A stretch of DNA of 64,000 bases from Eledone cirrhosa (GCA_964016885.1 OZ024742.1:59210001-59274000); one strand, 5' to 3'; shown: positions 28,371 through 43,779, counted from the first letter of the stretch. Program-made: numbers and translations. The notes: generated by a model from the letters alone, not told the origin.

Positions 28371-28394
28371 CATACATATATATGTATATATTTA

Positions 28395-30050
<1,656 letters not shown>

Positions 30051-30076
30051 TCATATATGTATATATCTATCTACAT

Positions 30077-30262
30077 CTAAGGCGGGTAAAATTCCCGAGA
30101 TCCATGGACGAGTTCTCTCCAGCGGTCTCTGTCCCTCATTATCGCTGCCATGTCCTGCGTCTCCAACAGACCAGTGTCTGTCCTTAGGGCATCAACACAC
30201 GTTAACCTTGGTCTTCCTATTCTAGTGTGTCCATGTAGGGGCTCCCAAAGGAGCATTGAGTG
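30077..30262 (-). mobile_element. RTE-group LINE C-terminal fragment
   Basis: LLWEP.HG..RIGRPRLT.VD.L..DTGL...MRDRDRWRELV. Confidence 0.75.
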
Positions 30263-30265
30263 CAA

Positions 30266-30531
30266 TGTCAATCTGTAAACGCAGAAGTGGATATTTCAAA
30301 AAACGTTGCAACCGGAGGAAGACAGGAAGACAGGAAGACGTATTATATTCGTTTTTACCCGTTCTTAGCCAGCAAACGGTTCCACGAACCAAAGGATCGT
30401 CTTCCTGTCTTCCTCCGGTTGCAACGTTTTTTGAAATATCCACTTCTACGTTTACAGATTGACTTTGTTAGTTTCAGAAGATCCCGTTAAGGGTGAAAGC
30501 AGCGATTCTTTGCTTAAACTTGAATCTGTTA

Positions 30532-30540
<9 letters not shown>
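30266..30540 (+). mobile_element. Solo pLTR of the 5310-8872 PLE family with a 5' inverted segment; HHR at 30470-30520
   Basis: 30266-30331 is the reverse complement of 30398-30463. The remainder matches 5430-5596. Confidence 0.88.
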
Positions 30541-30580
<40 letters not shown>

Positions 30581-30609
30581 ATAAATATACATGTAAATAT
30601 GTATATACA

Positions 30610-30647
<38 letters not shown>

Positions 30648-30652
<5 letters not shown>

Positions 30653-30974
30653 ATACTGTGTGTGTATGGGGGGGGGGGACATGCTGCCAATAAAAACACA
30701 CGCACCTGTTGGTTTTCACTTCAATTTATAGTTTCCGGTTGGTTGGTTGATTGGTTCAATAACCGGAAGGTTGTTTATATATTGTTAAAGATCTTTCGTC
30801 TCACATTCTGTGGCCTCCTCAGTGACTAGGTTTTTATTTTGTGTGTCTCTCCTTTGTTTTGTCATACACTATCTTGTTTTTGTGTGTTTTTGACATGACC
30901 CTCCCAAAGTATAACAATATATATTTCAACACACGTTTTCAGATAAGAAATCTCGCAAAACAAATTAAAAAACG

Positions 30975-30978
<4 letters not shown>
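30648..30978 (-). mobile_element. Rearranged PLE pLTR with HHR at 30784-30826
   Basis: Minus strand guca-CUGAGGA-...-GAAA-gauc-UU-uaac; same family as 26773 and 43256. Confidence 0.8.
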
Positions 30979-31031
<53 letters not shown>

Positions 31032-31098
31032 CATATATATACATATATATACACACACACACATATATATATATACACACACACACATATATATATAT

Positions 31099-31182
<84 letters not shown>

Positions 31183-31216
31183 GCATATATATACATATAC
31201 ATGCAGCTACGTATAT

Positions 31217-31268
<52 letters not shown>

Positions 31269-31296
31269 ATATACATATCTGCATGTATATATATGC

Positions 31297-31342
<46 letters not shown>

Positions 31343-31349
31343 GTATATA

Positions 31350-31432
<83 letters not shown>

Positions 31433-31558
31433 CGTTTTTTAATTTGTTTTGCGAGATGTCTTATCTGAAAATGTGTGTTGAAATATATATTGTTATACTT
31501 TGGGAGGGTTATGTCAAAAACACACAAAAACAAGACAGTGTATGACAGAACAAAGTAT

Positions 31559-31602
<44 letters not shown>

Positions 31603-31605
<3 letters not shown>

Positions 31606-31754
31606 GGAAAATTTGAACCGGAACAAAACAGAGAGGCAGTACAACGACAACGAATGTTTATTAGTTTCACGCTCTGGAGATATATATACATATATATATA
31701 TACAATTATTCATATATATATTTATATGTATATATATGTGTGTATATATATATA

Positions 31755-31786
<32 letters not shown>

Positions 31787-31891
31787 ATTATAAATAATTG
31801 TATATATATATATGTATATATATCTCCAGAGCGTGAAACTAATAAACATTCGTTGTACTGCCTCTCTGTTTTGTTCCTGTTCAAATTTTCC

Positions 31892-31894
<3 letters not shown>
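31603..31894. repeat. Fold-back palindrome carrying HHR 3'-half-like sequence
   Basis: Arms 31603-31680 and 31823-31894 are reverse complements. The right arm reads agagcg-u-GAAA-cuaa-UA-aac. Confidence 0.85.
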
Positions 31895-31933
<39 letters not shown>

Positions 31934-31977
31934 TGAAAAAGAACAATGGAACTATTATGACATTATAACAAGTTTAT

Positions 31978-32024
31978 TGCCGACAGCCGTTTCGTCCGAC
32001 CACATGGTGGGACTTTTCAAGGCA
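31978..32024 (-). ncRNA. Type I hammerhead with U3-A8 core
   Basis: ugcc-UUGAAAA-gucc c acca ug uggu c ggac-GAAA-cggcug-UC-ggca, overlapping AAUAAA. Confidence 0.85.
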
Positions 32025-33919
32025 TATAACATGTGTTTGTAAGATCATTATTTACATCAACGTATCACTCAAGGCTAGCAGTTTGAAATTGTGGTATACA
32101 TATATATATATATATATACACGCATGCATGGAATCTTGGTGCTGTTTAACTGCTTAAGAAGTAAAAGTCATAATAAGAATAGTTAATCCATTATGCCATT
32201 ATCTCCGGACCTTATCTTATGTTAGTATTATACAATATATTGATTTTATATTGAGTGAAAATATGAATTTATTTGTTTCATATGGTGAAAAATGGAAATC
32301 CCTATTGCTTGAGGAAAAATTTAGTTGAGTCTTTTTGCCTTTTCTTAAAAAAATAAACCTAAAATAAACTCGCATGTACATATATTTAGATGAACATACA
32401 TATGTATTCACTCATAATACAATATCACTCACCTCTATTGTAATTTACACAGTGATTGAACGATGCTGCTGATAGTTATAGAAAATGCCATGTAATTCTC
32501 CAAATTGAGATATATTGCTATTGTACAATATATTATTTGTTACTAGCATGTGATCTCTCCTCACAATAGCCATAACCTTTATTCCCCTTGCTGATAATTC
32601 CCAGTTTTGAACAATATATAGGAGCATCTGGTATTCTGTAAAATAGGAAGAATGTTTTATATTAACACGGCTCCCCAATCGTTATGCTAAGTATAATTGA
32701 CTAAACTCCAAACGCACAGCTGTGCTTTGAAATGTGCATCATTAAAACCTTTAAATTGGCTTTCTTTTCTTTTAGTACTAGCATGACACACATCCCCTTT
32801 GAATTATGATATTAAATCCAAAATATTCATTATAGATTTTACAGTTTCATCAGTGATGGAAGAACAGGAGCTAACGTACCATATTATTAAATAGGTATGA
32901 TTAATGTTTTTATTGTTTAGTCAGGGGTAAACCGTGGGTCATGACACGACTTTTTTCAGAGCCTCCTTACGAAGGACAGTATCCTCAGATCGGAGGTCCG
33001 GACCGTCTACTTGCAGCAGAGTGATCATAGATACCCAAGGGTATTTCTACTCTTTTTAATACTAATAAGCAATATTTCTAATTCTTGCACCTTATATCAG
33101 CTCTCTGAGATTACTTTCTTCATTATATTTTACTGACAAAAATATTGTAACTATTTAAGAGAAGTTCCATGCCTTTCATTTCTGCCGCTACAACCGGGTC
33201 AATTCCCATTTAACACCGCATTTCTTGGAAGTCGATAGTTTTGTATGTTTATTCTGCGTCCTCTCGACCACACATTACCGTTTGTTATTGATGACAGATA
33301 ACCCGGCCGCATTGCGATACAAAAGCCAAACTTCAACCTCTTTACCGAGGCCATAAACATCGGAGCACAAGTGAGTGTGCGCATGGGGTGCATCAATACT
33401 TGAACCTGTTTTGGTGATTAGATTCACTCTCAAAATTGACGCAGTATACACTAGATTCTGCGCCGTTCAAACGTAAGGATATCTCCTTGCCCATCAGGAT
33501 GGGCTTCTTTAATGAGTGCTGTTCAGAGGATATGAAACCCCTCTTTCAGTTTTTATAATTCTCCAGGAAAAGGTTTATTATGTTCAACAATTCCGTGTTA
33601 TTTACTAAGCTAACAAATGTGCCACATTACAGAAACAGTTTCGTTTGAATATAGCATATGGGTATGTAAGTGTTCTTTTTAAATTTTCCGCTCGAGGCAT
33701 TCAAGCTGGCGTTTTTAACTGTTGAAATATTATTGTCTAATTTTGTTTTTTTGTGTCCTTTATTATAATATTGCTCTGCAATTAAATTACTACTATATTC
33801 TATTTGTAAACTATATCAATTTTATTTTCCTGGAAGGTAAAACTGGCCATTTTTTTAAACACTTTTTATATTTAGACTAGGTGAAAGATAAATATCTCTA
33901 AAAGAAGAACAAATTTCCT

Positions 33920-34078
<159 letters not shown>

Positions 34079-34239
34079 AGTAAGAACCCATATTGTTAGA
34101 TTGAAGACTTTCTGCAACTATTTCTATGTCCTCAAGTCCAATAAAACACTCTTGTAAAAACCTTTTGCTTCGAGGAGCAAGGAAGAAATAAGTCTCGTTA
34201 AGTCAGAAACGAACAACAACAACAACAACAATACTAATA

Positions 34240-34442
34240 ATAATAATTGTTTCTACTATTGGCACAAGGCCAGCAATTAACCAGTACATTACTGGTACTT
34301 TATTTTATTTTATCGACCCCGTAAGGATGAAAGGCAAAGTTAATAATAATTGTTTCTACTTTTGGCACAAGGCCAGCAATACTCAGTACATTACTGGTAC
34401 TTTATTTTATCGACCCCGTAAGGATGAAAGGCAAAGTTAACC

Positions 34443-34444
<2 letters not shown>
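34240..34444 (-). mobile_element. Two 5'-truncated SINE copies in (AAT)n
   Basis: Direct duplication of aataattgtttctact.ttggcacaaggccagcaat...ggcaaagttaa. Confidence 0.88.
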
Positions 34445-34488
<44 letters not shown>

Positions 34489-35982
34489 TAATGGTTTCAT
34501 TATTGGCCACAGGGGCTAACGCGAAGAAAAACATTACAGACGGCACAGAACTGTACAGGACGATACAAAGTGGGTTTTGGTCGTGTAAAAAGGTTATAAC
34601 AAGATAGAAATGTGTAAAAACAAATTAAAAAATTACAAAAGACCATGGCCATCCTGACCACCAGGGCAAGCGTTCTCTCTCAGTTTTCCCACTCCTCGGT
34701 TTACAAGCGCATACTCAGAGCGGACCCGTTCACCCGGACCAGACTCCCCATGTGAAACTTGAAAAAGTTAATCAGGTATTGGCCAGAGAGGAAAGTGTCC
34801 GTCTTCAACCCTTTCAACCATGTCCACCACAATCTCTTTCGCCATGGCCACCAGGCAGATGAAAACTGCCTGCCCTTCCTCCTCTTTAAAGGAGGATGGT
34901 AGGGCCATCTGCACAATGGACTCAGTCGATAACCGGATCCATCCTACACGCGACAGCAACTGTTCGACATAGCCCCACAAGTCAGCCATTCTCGGGCACT
35001 GAACGACTGCGTGCAGGACGGTTTTGGCGCCTTGCGCGCATCTCGGACAGGCTAGGCTGACAGCACCTCCGTGACTGTAGAGCTTATCCCGAACCGGCAA
35101 TGCTCCCCTGTAGCAGTGCCAGGCCAGGGATTTCGCATGTTTACGTATCATCAGACATGGCATGCCAAGCCCTCCACATAAAGGGTGCTGGCAGCAGATG
35201 GACTGCCTCATCAAAGGAACCTCTTGCTTCCACAATAAGTTGAAGAGGAGGCGCTCCAATTTGGTGACGAAAGCGATGTATGCGTTCGCCACCTCCGCTC
35301 GACCTTTCAAGGACACCTTCCTCTCGGCTCATTTCTGAGTGAGAGTGGCTACCCTGATCGTAACTTCGTCCCAATTCATTTCCACCTGGCGGTGTGGTGC
35401 GAATCATATCCCGAGCAACTTTACCGATTCGTCCGTCCAGAGCCCCACGACGCTGTTGGACGGCATGGACTTGCCTCTGCAGGTGCCGAGTTTCAAGACC
35501 ACCGACTTTTCCGAGTTTCAAGACACCCGTTCAACTTTTCATATTCCTTCAAGAAGGTTCCGACTACCTCGATTTCCGAGGTGTCCAACGCCATCACGGT
35601 GATGTCGTTCGCATATGCCGACACAGCCTATCCACGTCTCGATTCAAGCGGGATGCCATGAACATCTCCAGCTTTGACAGTAAAGGCTCGTCAGAAGAGA
35701 GGAGAAAGGGCTCCCATGGCGAACCAGCCGGGAGATCTGAAACGGTTCCAAAAAATAGCCATTAACTTTGGCCACCGAGCAGATGCCGATGTGCTTTGCA
35801 GTCATCTAACCTCTGAAGACGGGACCGAAGCCAGCTGCCTTGAGGACAGCCTCCAGGTAGCGATAGTCAACCCTATCGAAAGCTTTCGATTGATCTAAAT
35901 TAATCAGAGCTCCATTGAAGCCAGATTTGCACCCTACACTCTCTACGATATATCGCATGAGGTGGAGGTTGTCGTGTATGGT
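34445..35982 (-). mobile_element. Degenerate Tx1/L1-clade LINE, same family as 18136-20938
   Basis: SLKGRAEVANAYIA, GALPVRDKLY, CPRCAQG. (AAT)n tail at 34445-34492. Confidence 0.92.
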
Positions 35983-36143
35983 GGTCCTGTTTTTGTAATT
36001 TCTGCCCCTAAAGAGAGAAATAAATAAAGTCGACCGGTCTCTTATAAGGGTTTTGGGTACCTTCAGTCACAAAAAAACAAAATATTGGCCTACTTTCTGA
36101 GCGAGGTTAAACAGGTGTTTAAATGACAACTGAAGGCAATGTT

Positions 36144-36226
<83 letters not shown>

Positions 36227-36401
36227 CTAAAGTAAAAATAAAGTGAAAGATAAATACATACCTTTCAAGAGAAGTTTCGTTATGAGAACAACAAAGTATT
36301 TGAGGAAACGGAAGCGGAAGCGTGAAAAAGAGGAAATATAGAAAAGAAATAGATCACGATAAAAAGTGAGTGGGTGAGTGAGTGAGTGAGTGAGTGAGTG
36401 A

Positions 36402-36510
<109 letters not shown>

Positions 36511-36984
36511 TGAGAGAGAGAGAGATAGAGATAGAGAGAGAGAGAGAGACCATGTGATAAATGAAAATAATAAGTAACGGGAAGAGAGGTACAACGCATA
36601 GAGTTTGAAGTAGGGCAGGATAAAGGTAAAAAAAATAATTACATGAAATGAAAGAGGGGGAGAAACGGGACATACACACAAACCTTCGGAAATATATGTT
36701 AGATGTGAACACCCTTAGAGCGTTTAGTTTCGTCTAAATTATATATTGCCATATTTTGATACAGGAAAGAAATCATTAGCAATGTGTTAATAACATCCAT
36801 AGAGAGACTACGTACTTTTCTTCACAAGAAAATAGTCATTATTTTTAATGAGTAAAAATATATAGATTTCTCATGTAATTAGAAAGATCTTAGCGTTGGT
36901 GTTTGGAGAGAAAACATACTAATTTATTTGAAAATTAGTCTTGCATTGGGAAGAAAAAATGACATTGCGTACATACAAATACAC

Positions 36985-37074
<90 letters not shown>

Positions 37075-37104
37075 CGTATGTGTATATATATATATACATA
37101 TATC

Positions 37105-37240
37105 TTATAATAAATTGAAGTGAAAACCAAAAGGTGCGCGTGTTTTTATTGGCAACATGACCCTCCCAAAGTATAACAATATCTGTTTCTACACTCGCTT
37201 TCAGATAAGAAATCTCGCAAAACAAATTCGAAAACGAATT
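37105..37240 (+). mobile_element. PLE pLTR 3' end fragment
   Basis: Matches 43375-43500. Confidence 0.8.
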
Positions 37241-37340
37241 ATATATATATATATATGCAAAAGTTTTATTTAAAATTGGGTTACAACAAGTAAATATTTT
37301 ATAACTGATATAAAGCACTCGACAAGTTTTTGGAGTAGAT

Positions 37341-37786
<446 letters not shown>

Positions 37787-37930
37787 AGGGTTGACGGGCC
37801 CAGCATATTTATCAATGCCAGTACCGGTTGTATCTCAGCGCACTCAATGGGCAATGTAAGATACATTACCAGAGTATACACATGGTTATTTTCCTCAACA
37901 AACACACGTAAAACGGGTGCCTATAAGGTT

Positions 37931-38040
37931 CCCGGACTCGAGTTTCTGCCGCACTAATGCAGCAGTAAGGTGCACTGCACCATCTGTCTGCATATATTAT
38001 GCAACAATGCAGAATCGGCTTATGCGTCTTCATCAGCGGG
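37931..38040 (-). ncRNA. Type I hammerhead with 69-nt stem II insert
   Basis: cccg-CUGAUGA-a gacgca..(69 nt)..ugcggc a-GAAA-cucgag-UC-cggg. Confidence 0.82.
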
Positions 38041-38053
38041 TATCGCCTAATCA

Positions 38054-38149
<96 letters not shown>

Positions 38150-38809
38150 TAGGTAGTACGACGAATTACTGGTGTTGGTACCAAATCAAGCACTCTATGC
38201 ACAGACAGTGTATAACAAATAGAAAATGAGAAAGTTTCGTTTACATATGAAAAATATTTATTGCGTATCTACCTGTTACGCGCGTTTCGCAGAGGATTGG
38301 CTCAAGGTGACCCATATGAGTTATAGACTCGACTCCAGTATCAATCTGGTCCTCAGACTGGTGATGCGACAAAAGATATATCTTTCATCAGGTGTTATTT
38401 ACAGAATTATATTATAGGATCACGTTGAACCCAAACAGAGAATAAAAGAGAGAAGATACAAAGAAATTGAAGATAGAAAATAGAGGACCGATTCGATTCG
38501 GGGACCGCCTGCCAATTTGGTGTTATATCGATAGCAGACGATCCCCGAATGTCAGATTATCAGTTAATGTCAGGCTTGCGGGCTGGTAGGCGTGATAGAG
38601 CAGGTAGGGGTGTCAAGTGGTGACAGGAATACATCCATCCTTAGAAAACGCTGTTCGTCAATTACAACCATGTCTTCTCTGCCTTTCAGATCAAAGGGTA
38701 GTAAAAAGAACCAGTCTGTAGTGATGGTGTGTATTAAAGAGGCAAATTGCTATAGATAGGAATTATGGAAAATGTAAAAATAATAGACATAAAAGGAAAC
38801 AAGAGAGAT

Positions 38810-38950
38810 TGTTCCAATTACAGAGGGGTCTCCTTGTTCAGCCTCTCCGGTAAAGTCTATGCTGTGTCTGGCAAATAGACACAGAGAGATTGTCAAGTCT
38901 AAGCTAGCTGGTGAATAGTGTGGTTTTCGCCACGGACGCAGCATAGCCGA
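38810..38950 (+). mobile_element. RTE-like RT fragment
   Basis: NYRGVSLFSLSGKVYA...CGFRHGRS. Confidence 0.7.
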
Positions 38951-38959
38951 CCCGAGGGC

Positions 38960-39609
38960 TGCACAAGCGACCCATCATCTCGGTATATTCCTCCCCCCCT
39001 ATGAGAGCTGGGAACATTTCTATCAGTTTTTGGAGTATATGCAGGTATATAACTTGCGCCGAGTGAGATGCTCCCATATTAACATCGAAGCATGAGTTCG
39101 GGCACCTTTTTATCCAGGTAGAGTTTTCAAAGTACAGGTCCGTCTTCCTGGCGTGGAGTACGATGCCCTGAACACTGATTGGTGCGATATTTCGGGTGTA
39201 ATCAATAGCGAACCCCAGGAGTGGTTGTGTTATTGAGGTATATTAATTTTCGATATCGAATTAGATTAATTTGGTGTTCTCTTTATCAGTGGTACCTGGT
39301 ACTCATATGGGTTAGTCCACGTTGAACCTCGCTTGTTGCTTTACTCGGGGTATGATTTTTATTCAGGATCCTTTTACTGATCCTCCCTATGTCGGACTTC
39401 GTCGGTTGAATGAGTCGGACGGTGGGTTTGCGGTCTAAGTCCGGTGTATGGTCCTTGAGAGTGAAACAAGCGAGGCATGGGTCGAGAGGTTCAGTCCTAT
39501 TATAGATGGTGAGGCTGGATGTGATGTTGCGTCCCACAGCATTGATCTGGATCATATGTCGGTTGGACTTTCTGTAATAGAAGGTCAGGGTGTTTTTAAT
39601 CAGGGAATC

Positions 39610-39610
<1 letters not shown>
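38960..39610 (-). mobile_element. Hydra-like PLE RT fragment
   Basis: RTEPLDP..CFTLKDH...VRLIQPTKSDIGRISK, FDVNMGAS, GIYRDDG; homologous to 6230-6790. Confidence 0.85.
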
Positions 39611-39658
<48 letters not shown>

Positions 39659-39842
39659 TATATATATATATATTTATATAGGATAACAAGGTATCGTTTA
39701 AGGTAAACCAGTTAGAGGTTGTGAGTACTCTGTACTGTGGATAGTTTTAACGTACGGCGTTGTTTGACTCAACAAGAAGTTTCCTTAATTAGGTGGCGAG
39801 TTTACGACAATACCTATGCAGGTGATGATTCTTGGAGTAATA

Positions 39843-40583
39843 ATAGTGAAATAGTGAAGAACAACATGGTCGGCTGTACAAAAGGGGTTTTATTTACAGT
39901 ATTAACAATTGTTTCATTGAACAGGTGTCCCTTTCACTTTTTATTCTCTATTTATCTATTCTCCTATCCTTTTTGTCTCATCCTCGAATCCTTACTCTTT
40001 ATACACCATCTCCTGTTCTTTCTCTCTTTCTCTCTTTCTTTTTATTTTGATCCTTTACTATTTGTTCTACTTTTTGCTTTTTATTTCGCCAATTCATAAA
40101 GTCAATACACTATATTAGTACAGCGTCCACTCACCAAAATTTTGTCTATCATATATCGCATCCCTTTTCCTGTTATTGTTATCATTACTGTCATCACTAT
40201 TTTACACATCCACTTACTCACCATTATAACTTCATCTACCACTACTTGTATCAATAACCGTAATTTTTGTCTTTTTATTATTTTTTATTTTAATTTTTAA
40301 AATTTTTTAAATTATTTTTTATCATTTCATTATTTTTTATTATTGGTGTTATTGTTTTCATTTACTTGATCCTCCGACGCATCTATAAATACCAGTACCA
40401 TGTGTTACATCCTTCAGTATTCCGATGATTTGATCAGAGACACACACTGTATTTAAGGTCGAGTGACGCAATTTCTAGTGATTAGCGGCCTTTAGACTCA
40501 CCTGATCAATGAAACAATTGCTAATACTGTAAATAAAACACTTTTTGTACAGCCGACTATGTTATTCATCACTCTTTCACTAT
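39843..40583 (+). mobile_element. PLE 3' UTR/pLTR with 5' inversion, family of 49568-51520
   Basis: 39843-39927 is inverted relative to 40499-40583. The body is similar to the reverse complement of 49568-50210. Confidence 0.85.
40415..40529 (+). ncRNA. Variant hammerhead (CCGAUGA) with 64-nt stem II insert; U16.1 mutated to C
   Basis: caguauu-CCGAUGA-u uugaucag..cugaucaa u-GAAA-caauug-CU-aauacug. Confidence 0.78.
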
Positions 40584-40681
40584 ATATATATATATATATA
40601 TATAACGAAGGAAATGTGGTAAGGAACCAGGTGGACCATAACGCACCAAAGTACTCAATACTTGGGGTAGCAGAGTGGGTA

Positions 40682-40796
40682 ATAGGAACCAGTAAGACCC
40701 CGACAGCTGAGCTCAAGCCGTTTCGACGGCTAATTCTGGACTGTCCAGAATTAGCCGTCGAAACGGCTTGAGCTCAGCTGTCGGGTCTTACTGGTT

Positions 40797-40801
<5 letters not shown>
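40682..40801. repeat. Near-perfect palindrome, ~60-bp arms, 1-nt centre
   Basis: Centre ggac-t-gtcc at 40742. Each arm holds GAAAC...GUC. Confidence 0.95.
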
Positions 40802-40868
<67 letters not shown>

Positions 40869-41551
40869 TGTGTGTGTGTGTCTGTGTGTCTGTGTGTCTG
40901 TGTGTGCACGTGTCTGTATGTTTATGTGTGTGTGTGTGTGTGTGTTTGTGTGTATGTAGTCTTTTGTCTCCTTAAACATTCATATATTGGGAAGGGAGAT
41001 ACTGGAGAATATAGCTCTAGATATCCCAATATATATTATGGCTCACAGAAAGAGAGGCGTGTTCATAGTTTGAATACAGTTGAATAAAGGTTTCTTTGAT
41101 TAACAAGGAAAACAACTACATAACATGAAGAAGAGCGCATTTGATTTTTTTTACGGAAGCACCTACGTTTTACTTTTTCAAAGAGGTATGAGAAATAAAA
41201 TGTGTAAAGAATTCAATCATATGTTACAAACGTTTGCTGTCGCCTCAACTAATTATGGATAGTGAGAAATTACCGAGGGCTGTTTAGTTTTACACAATAG
41301 CTGTCTACAAGTAGAGTGAGAGGAGAAAAACGCGTAAAATGACAATATTGGATAAGCTAGAAAAGACAAATTATATCTGGAAAGAATAGGAAAAAAAAAC
41401 AAACGAAAGATAAAATGCCTACCACCGCCTAACAAAAATCAATAACAGTAAACAATACATTGATTACAATGTGAGGAATTATAATTAGGTTTCTTGTTTT
41501 CTTGTTTTATTTGTCGGTTAGCCAAATAAAAGAAATATGAAAACTAAGTAC

Positions 41552-41600
<49 letters not shown>

Positions 41601-42003
41601 GTGTGTGTATATGTATATATATATATGTATGTGCCTATATTTATGTGTACATATGTACATTATATAAGGCACCCCCTAAACTCTACAGTAGCTTTCGTCA
41701 CCTACCCGCCTAAAACAACAATACTACTGATACGCTACCAATGAACTCCAAAGGGTACACTGATACTACAACTGAATATGAATTGGCAACACCTTAATAA
41801 TATATAACGGTGTGGCACAGATAATCTCATTCATTTGAGAATCCACAAGTCTGATGAGCTATAAATTCCAGAGTCACGCCCGATCACTACCGATCACTAC
41901 CGATCACTACCGATCGTACCTTGAGCATATTAATGTTACATATAATGAACATATTAATGTTATATTGATATTTCGTCCCTGTTTCTCATTATTATTAACA
42001 CTG

Positions 42004-42198
42004 TGGCGGTGGATTGCCAGTATCGGTAGAGGGTCGGACGCTATGCTTTGTAGCAAAGAGTTACGGCCCTTTATGGTCTGAGTTCAAATCCCGCTGAGGT
42101 TAACTTTGTCTTTCATCCTTACGGGGTCGATAAAATAAAGTACCAGTAATGCACTGGGATAATTGCTGGCCTTGTGCCAAAAGTGGAGACAATTATTA
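42004..42198 (+). mobile_element. SINE copy
   Basis: Full head, core and tail. Confidence 0.9.
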
Positions 42199-42350
42199 AC
42201 ACTGTTTCTTAAGGATACCGATAATGGTGAAATACCAAACGTCGTATTCCACATCGATAGCCTGGTCCACATAGCATTGATACTCAAACTGGTGAATTAT
42301 CAGTAACTAAACATTACACACCAATACACTATTCGGATATATGTTTATAA

Positions 42351-42407
<57 letters not shown>

Positions 42408-42412
<5 letters not shown>

Positions 42413-43501
42413 ATACTTTGGAAGGGTCATGTTGCCAATAAGAAACACACGCACCAGTTGCTTTCACTTCAATTTATTATAATAAATTTATAAATTTAGG
42501 AATTTATAAATTTCCGGTTGGATGGTTGGTTCCACAACCAGATGGTTGTTTATATATTGTGATGGTTCTTTCGTCACACATTCTGTGACCTCTTCAGTAA
42601 CTGGGGATTATTTTCTTTGTTTTTGTGCCTCTCCTTTGTTCTGTCCTACGCCATTTTGTTTCTGTGTGTGTGTATAGATAAGAAATGTATAACCTGTAAA
42701 TTAAGCCCCCATATTAACTGTAAAACTAGAAATGTAGTATATAGCATAAGATGTACTGAAGGACAATGTAGAGACAAAAATATAGTGTACATAGGTGAGA
42801 CAGCTCGTAGTGTAGGGGAACGGATAAATGAACACTGGCGAGACCTTCAAGATAGTAAAGAATCATCTGTACTCTACCAACATGCTAAAATAGAACATAA
42901 GGGTAAATTAGAGAACATAGAAATAAAAATAGAATCTACACACAGAAAAGACGCAATGTTTAGACAAATCACAGAGGCAATAAACATAAAAGAATTACAA
43001 CCAAAATTAAATAGAAAACATGAGTGGAACAGCAACATCCCAACTTACAATTAAGGACAAAATGAAAACACACATGCACATAGAACAAACAAGCAACCTG
43101 TAACATGTAAATAAACAAATAAATAAATGAATATAAACACACACAGACACCCGGATCTGGCGCATGCGCAGACTGAGCACACAACACACACACAGAAACA
43201 AAATGGCGTAGGACAGAACAAAGGAGAGGCACAAAAACAAAGAAAAGAATCCCCAGTCACTGAAGAGGTCACAGAATGTGTGACGAAAGAATTTGACAAT
43301 ATATAAACAACCATCTGGTTGTGGAACCAACAAACCAACCGGAAATTTATAAATTTCTAAATTTATAAATTTATTATAATAAATTGAAGTGAAAGCAACT
43401 GGTGCGTGTGTTTCTTATTGGCAACATGACCCTCCCAAAGTATAACAACATCGCTTTCAACTCACGTTTTCAGATAAAGAATGTTGCTAAACAAATTCAG
43501 A

Positions 43502-43505
<4 letters not shown>
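42408..43505 (+). mobile_element. 5'-truncated PLE: inverted pLTR, GIY-YIG domain, pLTR; HHR motifs at 42559-42601(-) and 43256-43297(+)
   Basis: 42408-42673 is inverted relative to 43183-43448. Peptide CITC...CKTRNVVYSIRC...VYIGETARSVGERINEH...R..TEA...PKLN. Confidence 0.92.
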
Positions 43506-43574
<69 letters not shown>

Positions 43575-43779
43575 GTAGAACTATACAATCAATTCCAAAA
43601 AGAGAGTAGAGACAAAGCATTAACAAAGCATTTGGGTTACACACTATGTCTGAACACAATCCCAGGGTCTGGTTCGCAGGCATCCGTTTCGTTGAGTACA
43701 GCATCGAAAGGTATCATCCACTACCAGTTACTTCTATCGAACCCCAGCATAAACTCTGACATCTATTATTCAACAACAT

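Noticed and set aside
32941-32992. Minus-strand CUGAGGA...GAAA
   Set aside because: Stems I and III do not pair convincingly.
33120-33620. Coding-like segment on the minus strand
   Set aside because: Interrupted by stops and no motif recognised; BLASTX needed.
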